A DNA stretch of 64,000 nucleotides from a virus. Shown here in pieces: positions 8,951-19,567 of this stretch. The notes below the pieces were generated by a model that worked only from the letters and a program-made list of their open reading frames with translations, had not been told where the DNA came from and searched no databases. The DNA is taken from UHGV virus genome UHGV-1368191. One strand, 5' to 3'. The translations under genes and the position numbers were made by a program. How positions within the stretch are numbered: the first letter of the stretch is position 1; every line of letters begins with the position of its first letter.

Positions 8951-10810
8951 TTAGTCATTTTCCAATGCTTCTATTCTACTAGTTAATTCAGTTATCTGTG
9001 TTTGGAGTGTAGATACTTGTGCAGATAAATCTGATATGATTTGAGTTTTTAGATTATCTATAGAGATTGTCCCACCTGCTGCATGCAAGAGATCAGATGA
9101 GGTTTTGCCATATATGTTAACGCCTTCTTTATATATAGTTAAACCTGCTTTACCTGGAACTGTAGTTGTCCTATCCGTTAGCCATACATAAGGAGTAGTG
9201 CCATCAGACATGCCAAGCATTATACCGTTGGATTTGGGAGTTCCAAGAATTCTAAAAAAACCTGATCTGATATAAGTATCAGCATATCTATTTTCTTCGT
9301 TTATTGCAATAGAATTCTCATTAATAATTAAGTTATCTTTATTACTGCCATAAGCATTTACTATAGTTCCCCCACCACTTAAAGGAAGATATCCTTCCAA
9401 CTCGGTTCTCGATGCAAATTCAGACATATCTACGTCACCACTACCTAACAGTGTTTGACCATTGATAGTCTTGATATTGGTACCACTAACTAATTTATCC
9501 TGCTTAGATGCTATCTGATTAGTTACAGTAGTAGCAAAATTAGGATCATCACCTAAGGCAGCAGCTAACTCATTAAGAGTATCTAATGTTTCAGGTGCTG
9601 AATCTACTATAGCTGCCTTTACTTGAGTAGTTATATCTGATACAGATGTTGTACCTCCAGCCGCATTAAGTAAATCTGAGGTAGTTTTTCCATCTATAGT
9701 TACTCCACTCCTGGTAAAGGATGCACTTCCTGGGGTGTAATATTCATTGTATAAATGAACTCCATCTCTATCAAGTTGTGCCCAGTGTCTATATCCTGGT
9801 CCTTCAGGAAGATAGCCACACACCTCTACACGTCCAGCCTCTGCCCTAAGGCAAGCAGCTTCAGTTATTCCTTTTCCTGTAAGTTCTATAAAAGGAACAT
9901 CGAAATTCTTTATATTAAAACTAATATGATTAGACTCCCGTATATCATCTGGAGTGAGAGTCATCATTCCCCCAGTCAAAGGTAAGTAACCACTTAACTC
10001 CTCATTAAATTTCTCATCAATACTATTTGATAACTTATCTATACTATTCTGTAGATTGGTATCAGCTTGATTCATCTCTTCCTTGGTAGCATAAGTATTT
10101 CCCAAATTAGAGATTGTTCCATTAATATCAGTTATATCTCCCTGTAGAGCAGCTATATTATCAGCATTCTGTTTACCTTTATCACCAGGATATGCAGCAG
10201 ATGCTGTCTCCCCTAAACCAAGTGACTTACTTACCTCTATATATTGTGTACCAGTCCATCTATAGGTAAGATTAGTGGTAGTATCTACATATATCTTTCC
10301 AGCTTCTCCTGTCTCAGGGAAAGTATTTACAGAGCTATACTCCAATACATCATCAACATAGCTTGGAAGATAAGCCGCTGGAATAAGACCATCTACAGTG
10401 TTAACTAAGGTAGTAACATCTATACTGTCTAACTTTGCCTTATCAGAAAAAGACATCATACCATTTTCTGTGGATGATGCAGTGCTAATACTAAGGGTTT
10501 TATCTACACTAAGGAGAGGACCATCTATAGCTTCGTAGGTATAACTATATTGTATCCAATATTCATTATCTCTAGAAAAGCCTGTCATGTCAATACGACT
10601 ACTCTTTAGTGCATTCTTTTTTATATAGTCGTCTTCTTCTTGCCTATCAGAAATTTCTTGGTTAATAGCGTTCCACAGTTTAGTATTATCAGTAAAGTCT
10701 AGACCTTCCCATCCTGATTTACCAAACCACTTTATAGTGTTCTGAGTAATCCATAAGCTGTTTACAGAAGGTTCTGTATTACTTACTACTATATTATTTA
10801 TCCTTTTCAT
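8951..10810 (-). CDS. tail fiber/structural protein (619 aa)
   Basis: Contains the shared LPSYVDDVLEY...AYPGDKGK module and two copies of SDLL(N/H)AAGGT...S(V/I)(S/D) fiber-like repeats. Confidence 0.6.
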   Translation of the reverse strand: MKRINNIVVSNTEPSVNSLWITQNTIKWFGKSGWEGLDFTDNTKLWNAINQEISDRQEEDDYIKKNALKSSRIDMTGFSRDNEYWIQYSYTYEAIDGPLLSVDKTLSISTASSTENGMMSFSDKAKLDSIDVTTLVNTVDGLIPAAYLPSYVDDVLEYSSVNTFPETGEAGKIYVDTTTNLTYRWTGTQYIEVSKSLGLGETASAAYPGDKGKQNADNIAALQGDITDINGTISNLGNTYATKEEMNQADTNLQNSIDKLSNSIDEKFNEELSGYLPLTGGMMTLTPDDIRESNHISFNIKNFDVPFIELTGKGITEAACLRAEAGRVEVCGYLPEGPGYRHWAQLDRDGVHLYNEYYTPGSASFTRSGVTIDGKTTSDLLNAAGGTTSVSDITTQVKAAIVDSAPETLDTLNELAAALGDDPNFATTVTNQIASKQDKLVSGTNIKTINGQTLLGSGDVDMSEFASRTELEGYLPLSGGGTIVNAYGSNKDNLIINENSIAINEENRYADTYIRSGFFRILGTPKSNGIMLGMSDGTTPYVWLTDRTTTVPGKAGLTIYKEGVNIYGKTSSDLLHAAGGTISIDNLKTQIISDLSAQVSTLQTQITELTSRIEALEND

Positions 10811-10812
10811 AT

Positions 10813-13260
10813 TTATTTACTACTTACATTATCTCTATTTTTAACCTGTCTCTTACTTATCTCATCCTTGAGTTGGTTATCTGCCTTATGCTTTTCTTTT
10901 TCAAACTCAAGCTTCTCCCTATCCAGTTTCAACTTCTGATCGAATTCCCTCATCTGTTCTAGAAGTTTATCCTTAGCTTCTTGACTATATTCTTCAGGAG
11001 CTACACCATCTTGTTCAAAGTCATTTTCTCTTGCCTGTGCAGATATTTGAGCTACTAATATCTTGGTCTCATTATCCCTAATATTAGCCTGTTCTTTCTG
11101 TTGCAATTCAGCTTGTTTTTGCTCCATTTGCATCTGAGCTATCTGCTGTTGGCTCTCAAGTTGTTGCTGTTGAGCCTGTGCCTGTCTTTCTTGAATGGCC
11201 TTCTCATCTCTTTCAATTAGTCTTTGTTTCTCTGCCAAGGATGAAGAAGTATATAACTTAGTGATAGTGGAGAAAGAAAGAGTCTGTGTTTGTAAAGCAG
11301 CTTGGGCTAAAGTTTCCAGTTGTTGTTGCAGCTTTTGTGTGCCATCACTACTATCAACAACCAATCCATAGTCATTCTCAGCAAATTCATCACCATCAAT
11401 ATCCATTATCTTGGTTGATGTATCTGAAAGAATATATTGGAACTTCTTACTCCTACCCTTAAGAGCTATCTTAGCTGTTTCAAGAAAACATTCAAGTGCC
11501 CTTCTCTTTACATCTTCATGAATAGAGAAAAGCCACTCTGTAATGTGGGAACTTTGTAGTGTAGCCCTTTCAACTCCACCTACAGTTTCCCTGTTACTTA
11601 CTTGGCCTTCTCTTTGCCTAGTGATGCCCACTACATCAGACATCTCCATTTTAATAAACTCAAGGAGATTTTGTAATTGTTGGATATAATTGCCTATATT
11701 GGAACTTATCATTCCCTTACCAGCATTATTAAGAGCACCAGCGAGTTTACCCAGAGCAGGTCCTGAAGTGCCTTCTTTAAAGCTGTCTATCACAGCTAAG
11801 TGATTTATCTTGGCATAATACATCCATTTAGTGATGTCCCATCCCTTTGGAATCTTGCTTAAATCCATCTCAAGAATATCGCCCCAGTGATTAGCTATAG
11901 CCTTATTCAGTCTATCATGAATAGCATCATAAAGATAGGCATAAGGCTTCATCATATCCACAAAGGAAAAGGGTCTTTTATCATTAAGATTATATAATGA
12001 ACCTACTATACCAAAGTGGCATCTAGATGGATTACTTAACCTATTATACTGTATAAGCCTGGGTCTCATATTAACAAAGATACCATCCTTGCTATCACCT
12101 ATCATAACTCCTTCCCAAGCCTCATTTATCCAGAATCTTTGTGCTTCCTCTCCTAAATCTTTATTTACAGAATAAGTTTCTGGGTAGAAATTATATATCT
12201 CCTCACCAGTTTCTGGATCAAAAGATTTCACCTTCAAAATAGCTTTCTTAGACTTCCAGTACATCCTAAGTACCCTGACATTACCAGCTAAATCATAAGG
12301 AAGAAGTGAGCTTGTTATATCACCACTGAATAAATTCGCTGGGTCAAAATAGTAGTTTCCATTTACAGCTGTAATCTCATCACCCACCATACTGGCATTA
12401 ATGAAACCATATCTTTCATCTATATTATCCATAGTGTCAGTTACAGCTTGCCCTAAGTGGTCAGGAATATTCTCAAGGTACTTTATGTCCTTATCACTTA
12501 ATACATCATAATAAGTATCTATTACTCTACCAGGACTCCAATAATCCTCAAGTATTATTATATCAGCATCTTCTATCTTGTTACTGTATCCAGACCTGAA
12601 TACTCTTATCTTAAGTGGGTTAATTCTTTCAATAACAGGCTCTCCACCTACTATATCACACTGATAAATCTCCTCACCAGATATCATTCCATCCTTGAAT
12701 CCCTCATTGAATATGAGAGGTATATTATACTCCTTTATATAGTGGTTAAGGAGAGCGTTGGCTCTTATTTCCCTTAAGTCCTGCCACTCATAAGTATAAT
12801 AGTCATTCAGCTTTTCAAGTCTTTGATTAAACTCATCCTCAGTAGCTGAGGTATCAGCTATAAGTTGTTGCAAGTCCTGCAATAAAGCTGCCTTCTTGTT
12901 ATTCTCTATCTCACTTATGGAATTAGGATTAGTAACTACTACCTTAAAGTCAAATACTCTTCTCTTCTCCTCACCAAGGAGTACATTCATCTTACTGTTA
13001 AGAATAGCATAGTGCTGTATCTTATCAGGAATAAAGCTAGCTTCTACCTTATCTGGGTTAAGCACAAGCTCCATATCCTCCATATGAAGTTTCCCAAGCA
13101 TAAGGTCATAATTTATTACCTTATGCCTAACACTCTTTCTTACAGGAGCAAAATTAAAGAAAGTCTTAGTTTGTGCCCAAAGTAAGTGTTGCTTTCTCCA
13201 GGTTTTCGTCTTCTGTCTAAATGATAACATTTGTCGAGGAAAATTATAAGAATCCGCCAT
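10813..13260 (-). CDS. putative portal protein (815 aa)
   Basis: Its size, its position immediately downstream of the terminase large subunit, and its Q-rich C-terminal coiled-coil tail support this call. Assigned by synteny and size only. Confidence 0.45.
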   Translation of the reverse strand: MADSYNFPRQMLSFRQKTKTWRKQHLLWAQTKTFFNFAPVRKSVRHKVINYDLMLGKLHMEDMELVLNPDKVEASFIPDKIQHYAILNSKMNVLLGEEKRRVFDFKVVVTNPNSISEIENNKKAALLQDLQQLIADTSATEDEFNQRLEKLNDYYTYEWQDLREIRANALLNHYIKEYNIPLIFNEGFKDGMISGEEIYQCDIVGGEPVIERINPLKIRVFRSGYSNKIEDADIIILEDYWSPGRVIDTYYDVLSDKDIKYLENIPDHLGQAVTDTMDNIDERYGFINASMVGDEITAVNGNYYFDPANLFSGDITSSLLPYDLAGNVRVLRMYWKSKKAILKVKSFDPETGEEIYNFYPETYSVNKDLGEEAQRFWINEAWEGVMIGDSKDGIFVNMRPRLIQYNRLSNPSRCHFGIVGSLYNLNDKRPFSFVDMMKPYAYLYDAIHDRLNKAIANHWGDILEMDLSKIPKGWDITKWMYYAKINHLAVIDSFKEGTSGPALGKLAGALNNAGKGMISSNIGNYIQQLQNLLEFIKMEMSDVVGITRQREGQVSNRETVGGVERATLQSSHITEWLFSIHEDVKRRALECFLETAKIALKGRSKKFQYILSDTSTKIMDIDGDEFAENDYGLVVDSSDGTQKLQQQLETLAQAALQTQTLSFSTITKLYTSSSLAEKQRLIERDEKAIQERQAQAQQQQLESQQQIAQMQMEQKQAELQQKEQANIRDNETKILVAQISAQARENDFEQDGVAPEEYSQEAKDKLLEQMREFDQKLKLDREKLEFEKEKHKADNQLKDEISKRQVKNRDNVSSK

Positions 13261-13323
13261 AATTATCCTCCTTTCTCTTTATATATCATCATAGTCTATC
13301 ATATCAAATTTTATCGCAAAGAT

Positions 13324-13362
13324 ACTAAAAAGGTATTACTTACCCAATAGGATAAGTAATAC
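13324..13362 (-). terminator. hairpin plus U-run between the TerL and portal genes (minus strand)
   Basis: 10-bp inverted repeat gtattactta/taagtaatac (13333-13362) with a 10-nt loop. On the minus strand it is followed by CTTTTTAG. Confidence 0.45.
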
Positions 13363-13369
13363 TTTTAGC

Positions 13370-16300
13370 TTACCCTATATCTTTTACTAAATTTACTGAT
13401 TTATTAAATCTCTTATCATAATTATTGGTAAAGAAAGGATCATTCCCTAAATAATCTTTAGGAGTGGTTTTTTCCATATCTGGGTGTCCTTGATATAGTA
13501 TCATCTTCTCCTCTCTATAAAGCATTAATTGAACCAAGCTCATTATCCTATCCACATTTATATCAGAGTTAAAAAGTATCAACTCTTTCAATAATGCCCT
13601 GTTCTTTATAAAATGTAGATTTGGAACAGTTATCTCATTCTCTTCAACAATGCTTGTAACAGGCTTTAGTAGCCAATCCCTAATAAGTGTAAAACCGAAG
13701 TTCTTTATAGGGGTGGTAGCTGAAACTCCCTTACTTGTATTACCATATCCAACAGTTTTTATCAATTGTCTCTGCTTAAGATATTCTGGTGTATCAGCCA
13801 ACAAGTGTAAGCAATTCATCCTACTAAAATAAGAAAATGTATTCTTCTTGTTATTTTCATATAAGCACTTAGCATTATAGAAGATACACATCTTCCTACA
13901 TAGCTCATTTAAATCATCTGAAAACATTGGTCTTCCAGTATACTCAGCCACTATTCTATCAGTCCATAAATCAAGCACAAATATAGACCCTAAAGATAGA
14001 GTATTAGATACATCATTCTCATAGTTATCCAATGACATTATATACCTTTCACTAGGTACTTTATCTCTTATTTTAACAGGCATCTCAAAGATTTCTAATG
14101 CTCCTTCAGCCTTATTATCCTTAAGAGGAAAATCCCTAATGGGTAAATCAGCTGTAGGTTTAAATTCAATATTGCCGTCTTTACTTTGCACTAGAGTCCC
14201 AGTATACACATCATCAAATGAATGGGGATTATTATCCAGCTCATTAAGTCTTTCAGTGAGTGCCACTACAGGAAATATATTACCATTTGCCCTTAATATA
14301 GCCTCTTGAGGAGTCACTGGAATTTCTGCTATAGCCTTAGTAATAGCCTTAATGTCTGTAGAATTATACTTAACTACATACCTATTTTTCAATATTTCCA
14401 GTAAAGCCTTAGTGACATCAGAAACACCATCTTTATTATAGCATCCCTTCCTATTTAAATACCCTGGAAAGAAGTAGACAAAATTCCTTCTTCCTTGACC
14501 CTCTTTATCATATACATTAGGTATCGCCTGCATATTATAACCTAGAGGATTATACATAATTTCCTGGGCAGAGGCAAAGTCAGACTCATCATCACCAGCA
14601 GTACCCTGCATATATATCATACCATAAACTATATCTCCTTCCTCAACAGATGGTCTTAAGGTACCATATAGTCCTAAAAGGTTAGGAAAAGTATTATGAG
14701 TAATAGTTAAATCACCCAATACAAATAAGTGATTTCTATCTACTGTAAATCCATAATATTCATCTACCTTGTAAGGCTCTACTTTAAAGGTATAATCATT
14801 CCAACATCTTCTACTCTTGTATGATATAGCTCTTATGCCCTTTTTCCTAATTATCTTGGTTGGAATAACAGATAGGTCTCCACTAATTCTAAGTCTATAA
14901 TGTAGAACACCTTTCTTCTTTCCAGTACCAATTCTTGATGTCATAGAACATTTAAGCCCATTGCATTCGCACATAAATTTTATATCATCCAATATATGTT
15001 TTCTATCATATCTTTGAGTTATCTCAAAGAAGTTCTTCTTGGAATTATAGGTACCATCAGTATCTATTAGCCCAGCAATAACTTGCAGTTGTACTTCTGG
15101 AGCATTTACCTTATAATCTTGTGGAATATGCTTATTATTATATAGGTTATATTCTGAAAAGAGCCTATTATATACATGAGTAGATTTGCTTATGTGAAAT
15201 ACTTTACATGTATCAGACTGCTTTAAATTTCTTATAGTACCTTCATAATTATCTGATAACCAACTCAACACTTCTGTATCTTCATTAGCAATATCCAATC
15301 TTGTTGAGTCTCCATCACCTAACCATAATCCTAAGAAATAAGGATTTATAGCCACAGGGATATAAGGGAAATGTATTATTGCTTTTGGAATATAATACCC
15401 TTTATTCAAATTCTTAATCTCTAAAAGTTCAGGAGCAGTTAAAGTGTGTTCTGTATAAGTATTATTATTCCAATTATATCTTTTGAAATATACTGGATGG
15501 TGGCTATTCACTATTTGATAATCTCCATTTGATAGTGTTATTTTATACAGTTGGTCTATACCATTATATAATTCTTGCACTATTCTTGGAGTATTATCAT
15601 CCCCCATCAATATATCTCCTATTACAATATCCTCTACATTCTTAATAGAACCATCATACATCAAAACCTTAGTGCCCTTTATGTGACACCCAAACTCCTC
15701 GATTGCTATCAAGACTCCTCTCTTACCTCTTAATTTAGATTCATCATCTTTTGAGGACACCCCAATAACTTCATTTAGGGTACCTCTTTGAGTACCAGTA
15801 TCTAGGTCTAGATATCCAGCTTTCCAGTTCATATCCTGCATAGAACTCCTGAGTTTTCTTGCTGGGAATTGTGTATTTTGGGCACAAAAATCTATATAAG
15901 ACTGGAACTTATTCAATATACCATCCTTAGTAAGATACTCCTTTTGATATGCTGTCACAAAGCATTTCACCTCCTTATTGACTTCCAATGACTCTCCTAG
16001 TAGAAATCTTTTAGCTATCATAGCCGCCAAGGAATATGATTTACCCTTAGATCTACTAGCCAACTCAGCTCCATGATGACCATTATTTCTTGCCATATTA
16101 GCATAATGGAACTTTAAATAATGCCCTTCCCAGACCTCAGGAAAATCCCAGACTCTAAGAGCTTTTCTTGAGTTTCCCTGTATCTTTGAAAGCAATATAG
16201 GGCAATAATTTAAAAAGAAATAGTAATCACCAGTAATCCATTCACCATCAGATTCCCTTACATATCCCTCAGAACATCTTCTTACTTCTTCCCTAATCCA

Positions 16301-16612
16301 CCTGCCATATTCACTATTAGGATTAGCATTGGGTCTTAAGTTAGTTATTTTTCCTGTCTGTTTATAGTGAATAGCAGTTGGTCTAAAATAATCCATATCC
16401 TCAAGAATATGAGGAGAAGTCAGGTTTATTATAATCTTACCCTCAGAGTCCTTAGGCATATCTTTAGCCCTTAGCCTTTTAGGAGAAATAAGATTCTTTA
16501 TATAAGGTATATTATTTATAAAATCATAAAACTGATCCTGTATCTCCTGAGGTTCTTTATCAAGATTTAAATCTTCAATAGGGGTTTGATATTCATTAAA
16601 TCGCACATCCAT
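13370..16612 (-). CDS. terL: terminase large subunit interrupted by a LAGLIDADG-type intein
   Basis: Walker A-like SRSKGKS and Walker B LIAIEEFG, followed by an intein: Cys309 (HIKGTKVL...), dodecapeptide motifs LGLWLGDGD and IAGLIDTDG, and C-terminal ...LTITHN|T. Host-protein sequence resumes FPNLLGLYG...MQGTAGDDESD. Intein-free length is about 748 aa. Confidence 0.8.
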   Translation of the reverse strand: MDVRFNEYQTPIEDLNLDKEPQEIQDQFYDFINNIPYIKNLISPKRLRAKDMPKDSEGKIIINLTSPHILEDMDYFRPTAIHYKQTGKITNLRPNANPNSEYGRWIREEVRRCSEGYVRESDGEWITGDYYFFLNYCPILLSKIQGNSRKALRVWDFPEVWEGHYLKFHYANMARNNGHHGAELASRSKGKSYSLAAMIAKRFLLGESLEVNKEVKCFVTAYQKEYLTKDGILNKFQSYIDFCAQNTQFPARKLRSSMQDMNWKAGYLDLDTGTQRGTLNEVIGVSSKDDESKLRGKRGVLIAIEEFGCHIKGTKVLMYDGSIKNVEDIVIGDILMGDDNTPRIVQELYNGIDQLYKITLSNGDYQIVNSHHPVYFKRYNWNNNTYTEHTLTAPELLEIKNLNKGYYIPKAIIHFPYIPVAINPYFLGLWLGDGDSTRLDIANEDTEVLSWLSDNYEGTIRNLKQSDTCKVFHISKSTHVYNRLFSEYNLYNNKHIPQDYKVNAPEVQLQVIAGLIDTDGTYNSKKNFFEITQRYDRKHILDDIKFMCECNGLKCSMTSRIGTGKKKGVLHYRLRISGDLSVIPTKIIRKKGIRAISYKSRRCWNDYTFKVEPYKVDEYYGFTVDRNHLFVLGDLTITHNTFPNLLGLYGTLRPSVEEGDIVYGMIYMQGTAGDDESDFASAQEIMYNPLGYNMQAIPNVYDKEGQGRRNFVYFFPGYLNRKGCYNKDGVSDVTKALLEILKNRYVVKYNSTDIKAITKAIAEIPVTPQEAILRANGNIFPVVALTERLNELDNNPHSFDDVYTGTLVQSKDGNIEFKPTADLPIRDFPLKDNKAEGALEIFEMPVKIRDKVPSERYIMSLDNYENDVSNTLSLGSIFVLDLWTDRIVAEYTGRPMFSDDLNELCRKMCIFYNAKCLYENNKKNTFSYFSRMNCLHLLADTPEYLKQRQLIKTVGYGNTSKGVSATTPIKNFGFTLIRDWLLKPVTSIVEENEITVPNLHFIKNRALLKELILFNSDINVDRIMSLVQLMLYREEKMILYQGHPDMEKTTPKDYLGNDPFFTNNYDKRFNKSVNLVKDIG
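14693..15688 (-). mobile_element. intein (332 aa) with a double-motif LAGLIDADG homing endonuclease, inserted after the Walker B motif of TerL
   Basis: Begins with Cys (codon 15688-15686), ends with His-Asn, and is followed by Thr as the first host-protein residue. Two LAGLIDADG-like motifs. Confidence 0.7.
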
Positions 16613-16625
16613 AGTAGTTATTTAT

Positions 16626-17180
16626 CTATATTAGGACCCCGTCGTCCATCAGGGTTTTGCTGCCTTGATTTCCTCTAGCCCTTCCTACTTCCTCTAAATC
16701 TTTTCTAAGAGTTTTCTCAGCCTCAACTAAATCTTTAGCCAGCTGTGGAACTTGTTTTATGGCTGTGGTTACACTATTTATAGTATAAGCAGGTTTACCC
16801 TTATCATCTACTGCCTCTAAGTTTATATTCTCCAAGAATGTACCTACTTTATCTATAGCTATCTTGGTTTTCCTTAATAATTCTGAAGAAGTAGTAGTAC
16901 ACATTTTCTTATATAGTTCTATACATTCTTTCTCCAGTGAATCAAACTTTGGGACTCTTATACCATTAGCATTACAGACTTCTATAAGTCTCTGGTCTTC
17001 GTCTATAATATATTGAAACTCACTTCTAGGGTCATACACAAAATAAAGTATCATAAGAAAATTTAAAAATCCTGTTTTATCCTTACTTTTATCCTGAGTA
17101 TACCTTCTCCTAAAAGGCTTTAATAACAATAGATTATCATCTACTTTTATTTCATAATTCTCTATTTTCACTAGATTCAT
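16626..17180 (-). CDS. hypothetical protein (184 aa). The position upstream of terL would fit a small terminase subunit, but this is unproven.
   Basis: ORF track. Call rests on synteny only. Confidence 0.4.
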   Translation of the reverse strand: MNLVKIENYEIKVDDNLLLLKPFRRRYTQDKSKDKTGFLNFLMILYFVYDPRSEFQYIIDEDQRLIEVCNANGIRVPKFDSLEKECIELYKKMCTTTSSELLRKTKIAIDKVGTFLENINLEAVDDKGKPAYTINSVTTAIKQVPQLAKDLVEAEKTLRKDLEEVGRARGNQGSKTLMDDGVLI

Positions 17181-17508
17181 ATCCCTTAAATTTACCTTCC
17201 ATCATATTGTTAAACTCACTATCACTATATAAGCTCATCAGTCTCCTGGTTACCTGGTCAGCAAGCAGAATCCTAGCTGCCTCTTCCTTAAAGGATGTAG
17301 AACCAGTTATAGTATGCTCAAATCTGTTAATCTCAATAGTAGTCCCCTTGTTTACATACCATAGGGAATACCTGAAAGTCTTCATTGACTTAGTGATATT
17401 ACCACTCAGTACTTCCTTCTTCAGGACAAAGTGAGTATCTGTATCATACTTCTCCTTTATCCACTCATTATATATATCCAATAATCTATTCAGCATAATG
17501 AATTTCAT
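17152..17508 (-). CDS. hypothetical protein (118 aa)
   Basis: ORF track. Confidence 0.45.
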   Translation of the reverse strand: MKFIMLNRLLDIYNEWIKEKYDTDTHFVLKKEVLSGNITKSMKTFRYSLWYVNKGTTIEINRFEHTITGSTSFKEEAARILLADQVTRRLMSLYSDSEFNNMMEGKFKGYESSENREL

Positions 17509-17538
17509 AAAAAAAAGACCTGGCCTTTACTGGCCAGG
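17509..17538 (-). terminator. rho-independent terminator (minus strand)
   Basis: GC stem cctggcc/ggccagg with loop tttact at 17519-17538. On the minus strand it is followed by an 8-nt U-run (plus-strand A-run 17509-17516). Confidence 0.7.
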
Positions 17539-17588
17539 CCTTATCACCTTAATCAACAAAACTTAATCAAAAAATGAAAAAGAAAAAT

Positions 17589-18014
17589 TTATACAAGCAG
17601 TGCCTTACCCGCGTCTTTCTCTGTAATTACTGATGGGTTTTCCTCAAACTCCTCTACCTCAGCTACAAACTTTATGTCATTATCCTGAAGATAGAGATAA
17701 GTCTCCCCATCAATATCAATAGTATCAAATTTATAACCTACTACAGGATTATCAGTAATAACACCATCTTTAAGAGAACCTTCCTCATGCTTCATAACAG
17801 CATATCTTTTAGGATTTATAAACACTGTATCACCAACATTTATACCCCTAACCATGGGTCCTACAGCTATTACTTTTTGATACTCTTTAACAGCACCAGA
17901 TTTTGAGGCATCTGTAAGATTAGTGCCGTATATCTTGATGTTGTTATCATATTTATCCATTGTGGTTATCAACCCATTAAACATGGGTTTAACACTTTTA
18001 ATTATAGGTATCAT
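17589..18014 (-). CDS. hypothetical protein, possibly a GroES/Cpn10-like fold
   Basis: Pattern KSVKP...SGAVKEYQKVIAVGPMVRGINVGDTVFINP resembles the co-chaperonin pattern ...AVG.G....VKVGD.V.F.. Weak. Confidence 0.3.
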   Translation of the reverse strand: MIPIIKSVKPMFNGLITTMDKYDNNIKIYGTNLTDASKSGAVKEYQKVIAVGPMVRGINVGDTVFINPKRYAVMKHEEGSLKDGVITDNPVVGYKFDTIDIDGETYLYLQDNDIKFVAEVEEFEENPSVITEKDAGKALLV

Positions 18015-18225
18015 TACTGTTGTCAGTTAAATCCAAATTATCTAATCTTAGTTTAAGGGCACTCAAATAAGTAGCCATTCCATGATATTGCAATATCATC
18101 ATATTATACTGAAATGGACCTACTTTATCAGAGAAACCTTCTGATGAAAGAGCTTCGTCTAACTTATTAAATCTATCCTGAAGTTGTGTATATTCCTCAA
18201 GAAGTCTCTTCTTGAAATCTTCCAT
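17998..18225 (-). CDS. hypothetical protein (75 aa)
   Basis: ORF track. Confidence 0.4.
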   Translation of the reverse strand: MEDFKKRLLEEYTQLQDRFNKLDEALSSEGFSDKVGPFQYNMMILQYHGMATYLSALKLRLDNLDLTDNSNDTYN

Positions 18226-18484
18226 TACATATATCTTTAAAGTGTTTATAACTGCTCTTTAATGCTTTATATCTGTCATAAGTGCATGCTAATTTACCAA
18301 TACTGGGAATGTTAAAGTTACATTTCAACTTATTGAATTCCTCCTCACTTAAATCCTCTTTTAAAGGAAGCTCCTTTATATGGTTTCTTATAAATTCCCA
18401 AAAGGACTCATAAGCAAGCTCCACTACTTCCTGGGGGATATTAAGCTCTTCTGCTACTTCAATTACAGCATCTTGGTAAGTCAT
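18197..18484 (-). CDS. hypothetical protein (95 aa)
   Basis: ORF track. Confidence 0.4.
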   Translation of the reverse strand: MTYQDAVIEVAEELNIPQEVVELAYESFWEFIRNHIKELPLKEDLSEEEFNKLKCNFNIPSIGKLACTYDRYKALKSSYKHFKDICNGRFQEETS

Positions 18485-18867
18485 TCAAAATCAAATAAAA
18501 GCATTAGTTTAAAATTTCCATTTTCCTCAATTATCCTTGGTATATACCTTGGGTTTATTTTCCCATCCACTATGACATTGCTTTTTCTGAGTTTTCCCAT
18601 GATAACTTGGAAGTGGGGAAGAGTTATATTGCACTCTTCCCTTACTTTCCTCTTAGTATCTTCACTCATTGTAACCTTGTCAAGGATATCATTGTCAAGG
18701 ATACTCTTACTTAGTTCATATCTCTGCTTGACAAAAGAAGTAGCCACTTCCATTTCTCTTTCAGTAAGGTGGTGAAATGGTTGTAAGAACATAAACCACA
18801 TCTTAAAGAAAGAGTAGTCAAGTTTACAAGGTATTCTTACTACACTATCCACTCCCCTCTTACTCAT
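18481..18867 (-). CDS. hypothetical protein (128 aa)
   Basis: ORF track. Confidence 0.45.
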   Translation of the reverse strand: MSKRGVDSVVRIPCKLDYSFFKMWFMFLQPFHHLTEREMEVATSFVKQRYELSKSILDNDILDKVTMSEDTKRKVREECNITLPHFQVIMGKLRKSNVIVDGKINPRYIPRIIEENGNFKLMLLFDFE

Positions 18868-18869
18868 GA

Positions 18870-19193
18870 TTATGCCTCCTTTTTTGTCCCTTCATGAGCA
18901 GTTTCCTCACCTACTATCTCATTCTCAGGAGTAGCCATAAGAGTCTCAATCTCTTTAGCACACCGCATCTTAAATTCATCAGAAAGATACTTATTATCCT
19001 TCTCTATGACATTAAAAAGATAATCAAGTCTCTTATAGAGATTAGTAAGATTGGCCTGTCTTAGAGCTTCAGTAAATTGTGCTCTTTGATTTAACAGTTG
19101 TTGATTCTGAACACTCAACTGTTGACAAGCATTTTCCAATTGCTCATAAGTCAACTTAGTAACCTCTGTAGTCTTTTCTAACTTCTTCTCCAT
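18870..19193 (-). CDS. hypothetical coiled-coil protein (107 aa)
   Basis: ORF track. Confidence 0.45.
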   Translation of the reverse strand: MEKKLEKTTEVTKLTYEQLENACQQLSVQNQQLLNQRAQFTEALRQANLTNLYKRLDYLFNVIEKDNKYLSDEFKMRCAKEIETLMATPENEIVGEETAHEGTKKEA

Positions 19194-19404
19194 TTTTATT
19201 CTCTTTTAATTGTACAAATTTCTTTCCATATTTTTTTTCATACATACCCTCCCATGTATGTATATCAGAATATTCTATATCAGTACACCCACATTCATCA
19301 CAATAGTCATCCATTATATCATCAGTTCTGATAGCTAAGGAAAGACATTGTTTACAGTAGGCTACTGGAATGCTATTATAATCTCTAACTTCTACATCTT
19401 CCAT
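19156..19404 (-). CDS. small Cys-rich (zinc-ribbon-like) protein
   Basis: CKQC...CDECGC motif pairs. Confidence 0.4.
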   Translation of the reverse strand: MEDVEVRDYNSIPVAYCKQCLSLAIRTDDIMDDYCDECGCTDIEYSDIHTWEGMYEKKYGKKFVQLKENKNGEEVRKDYRGY

Positions 19405-19567
19405 ATATTTTAGCCATAATAAATTAACCAGTAATCATCTCTCAAATGAAATATCTCAACAATGTCTTCCTTAGGTATCTGAAGTTCATTTACTCTTTTG
19501 ACTATTTCCCTTATAGTAGGGAAGGTCATACACATCATTTTCTTATTTGCCTTCTCCATAAAATATC

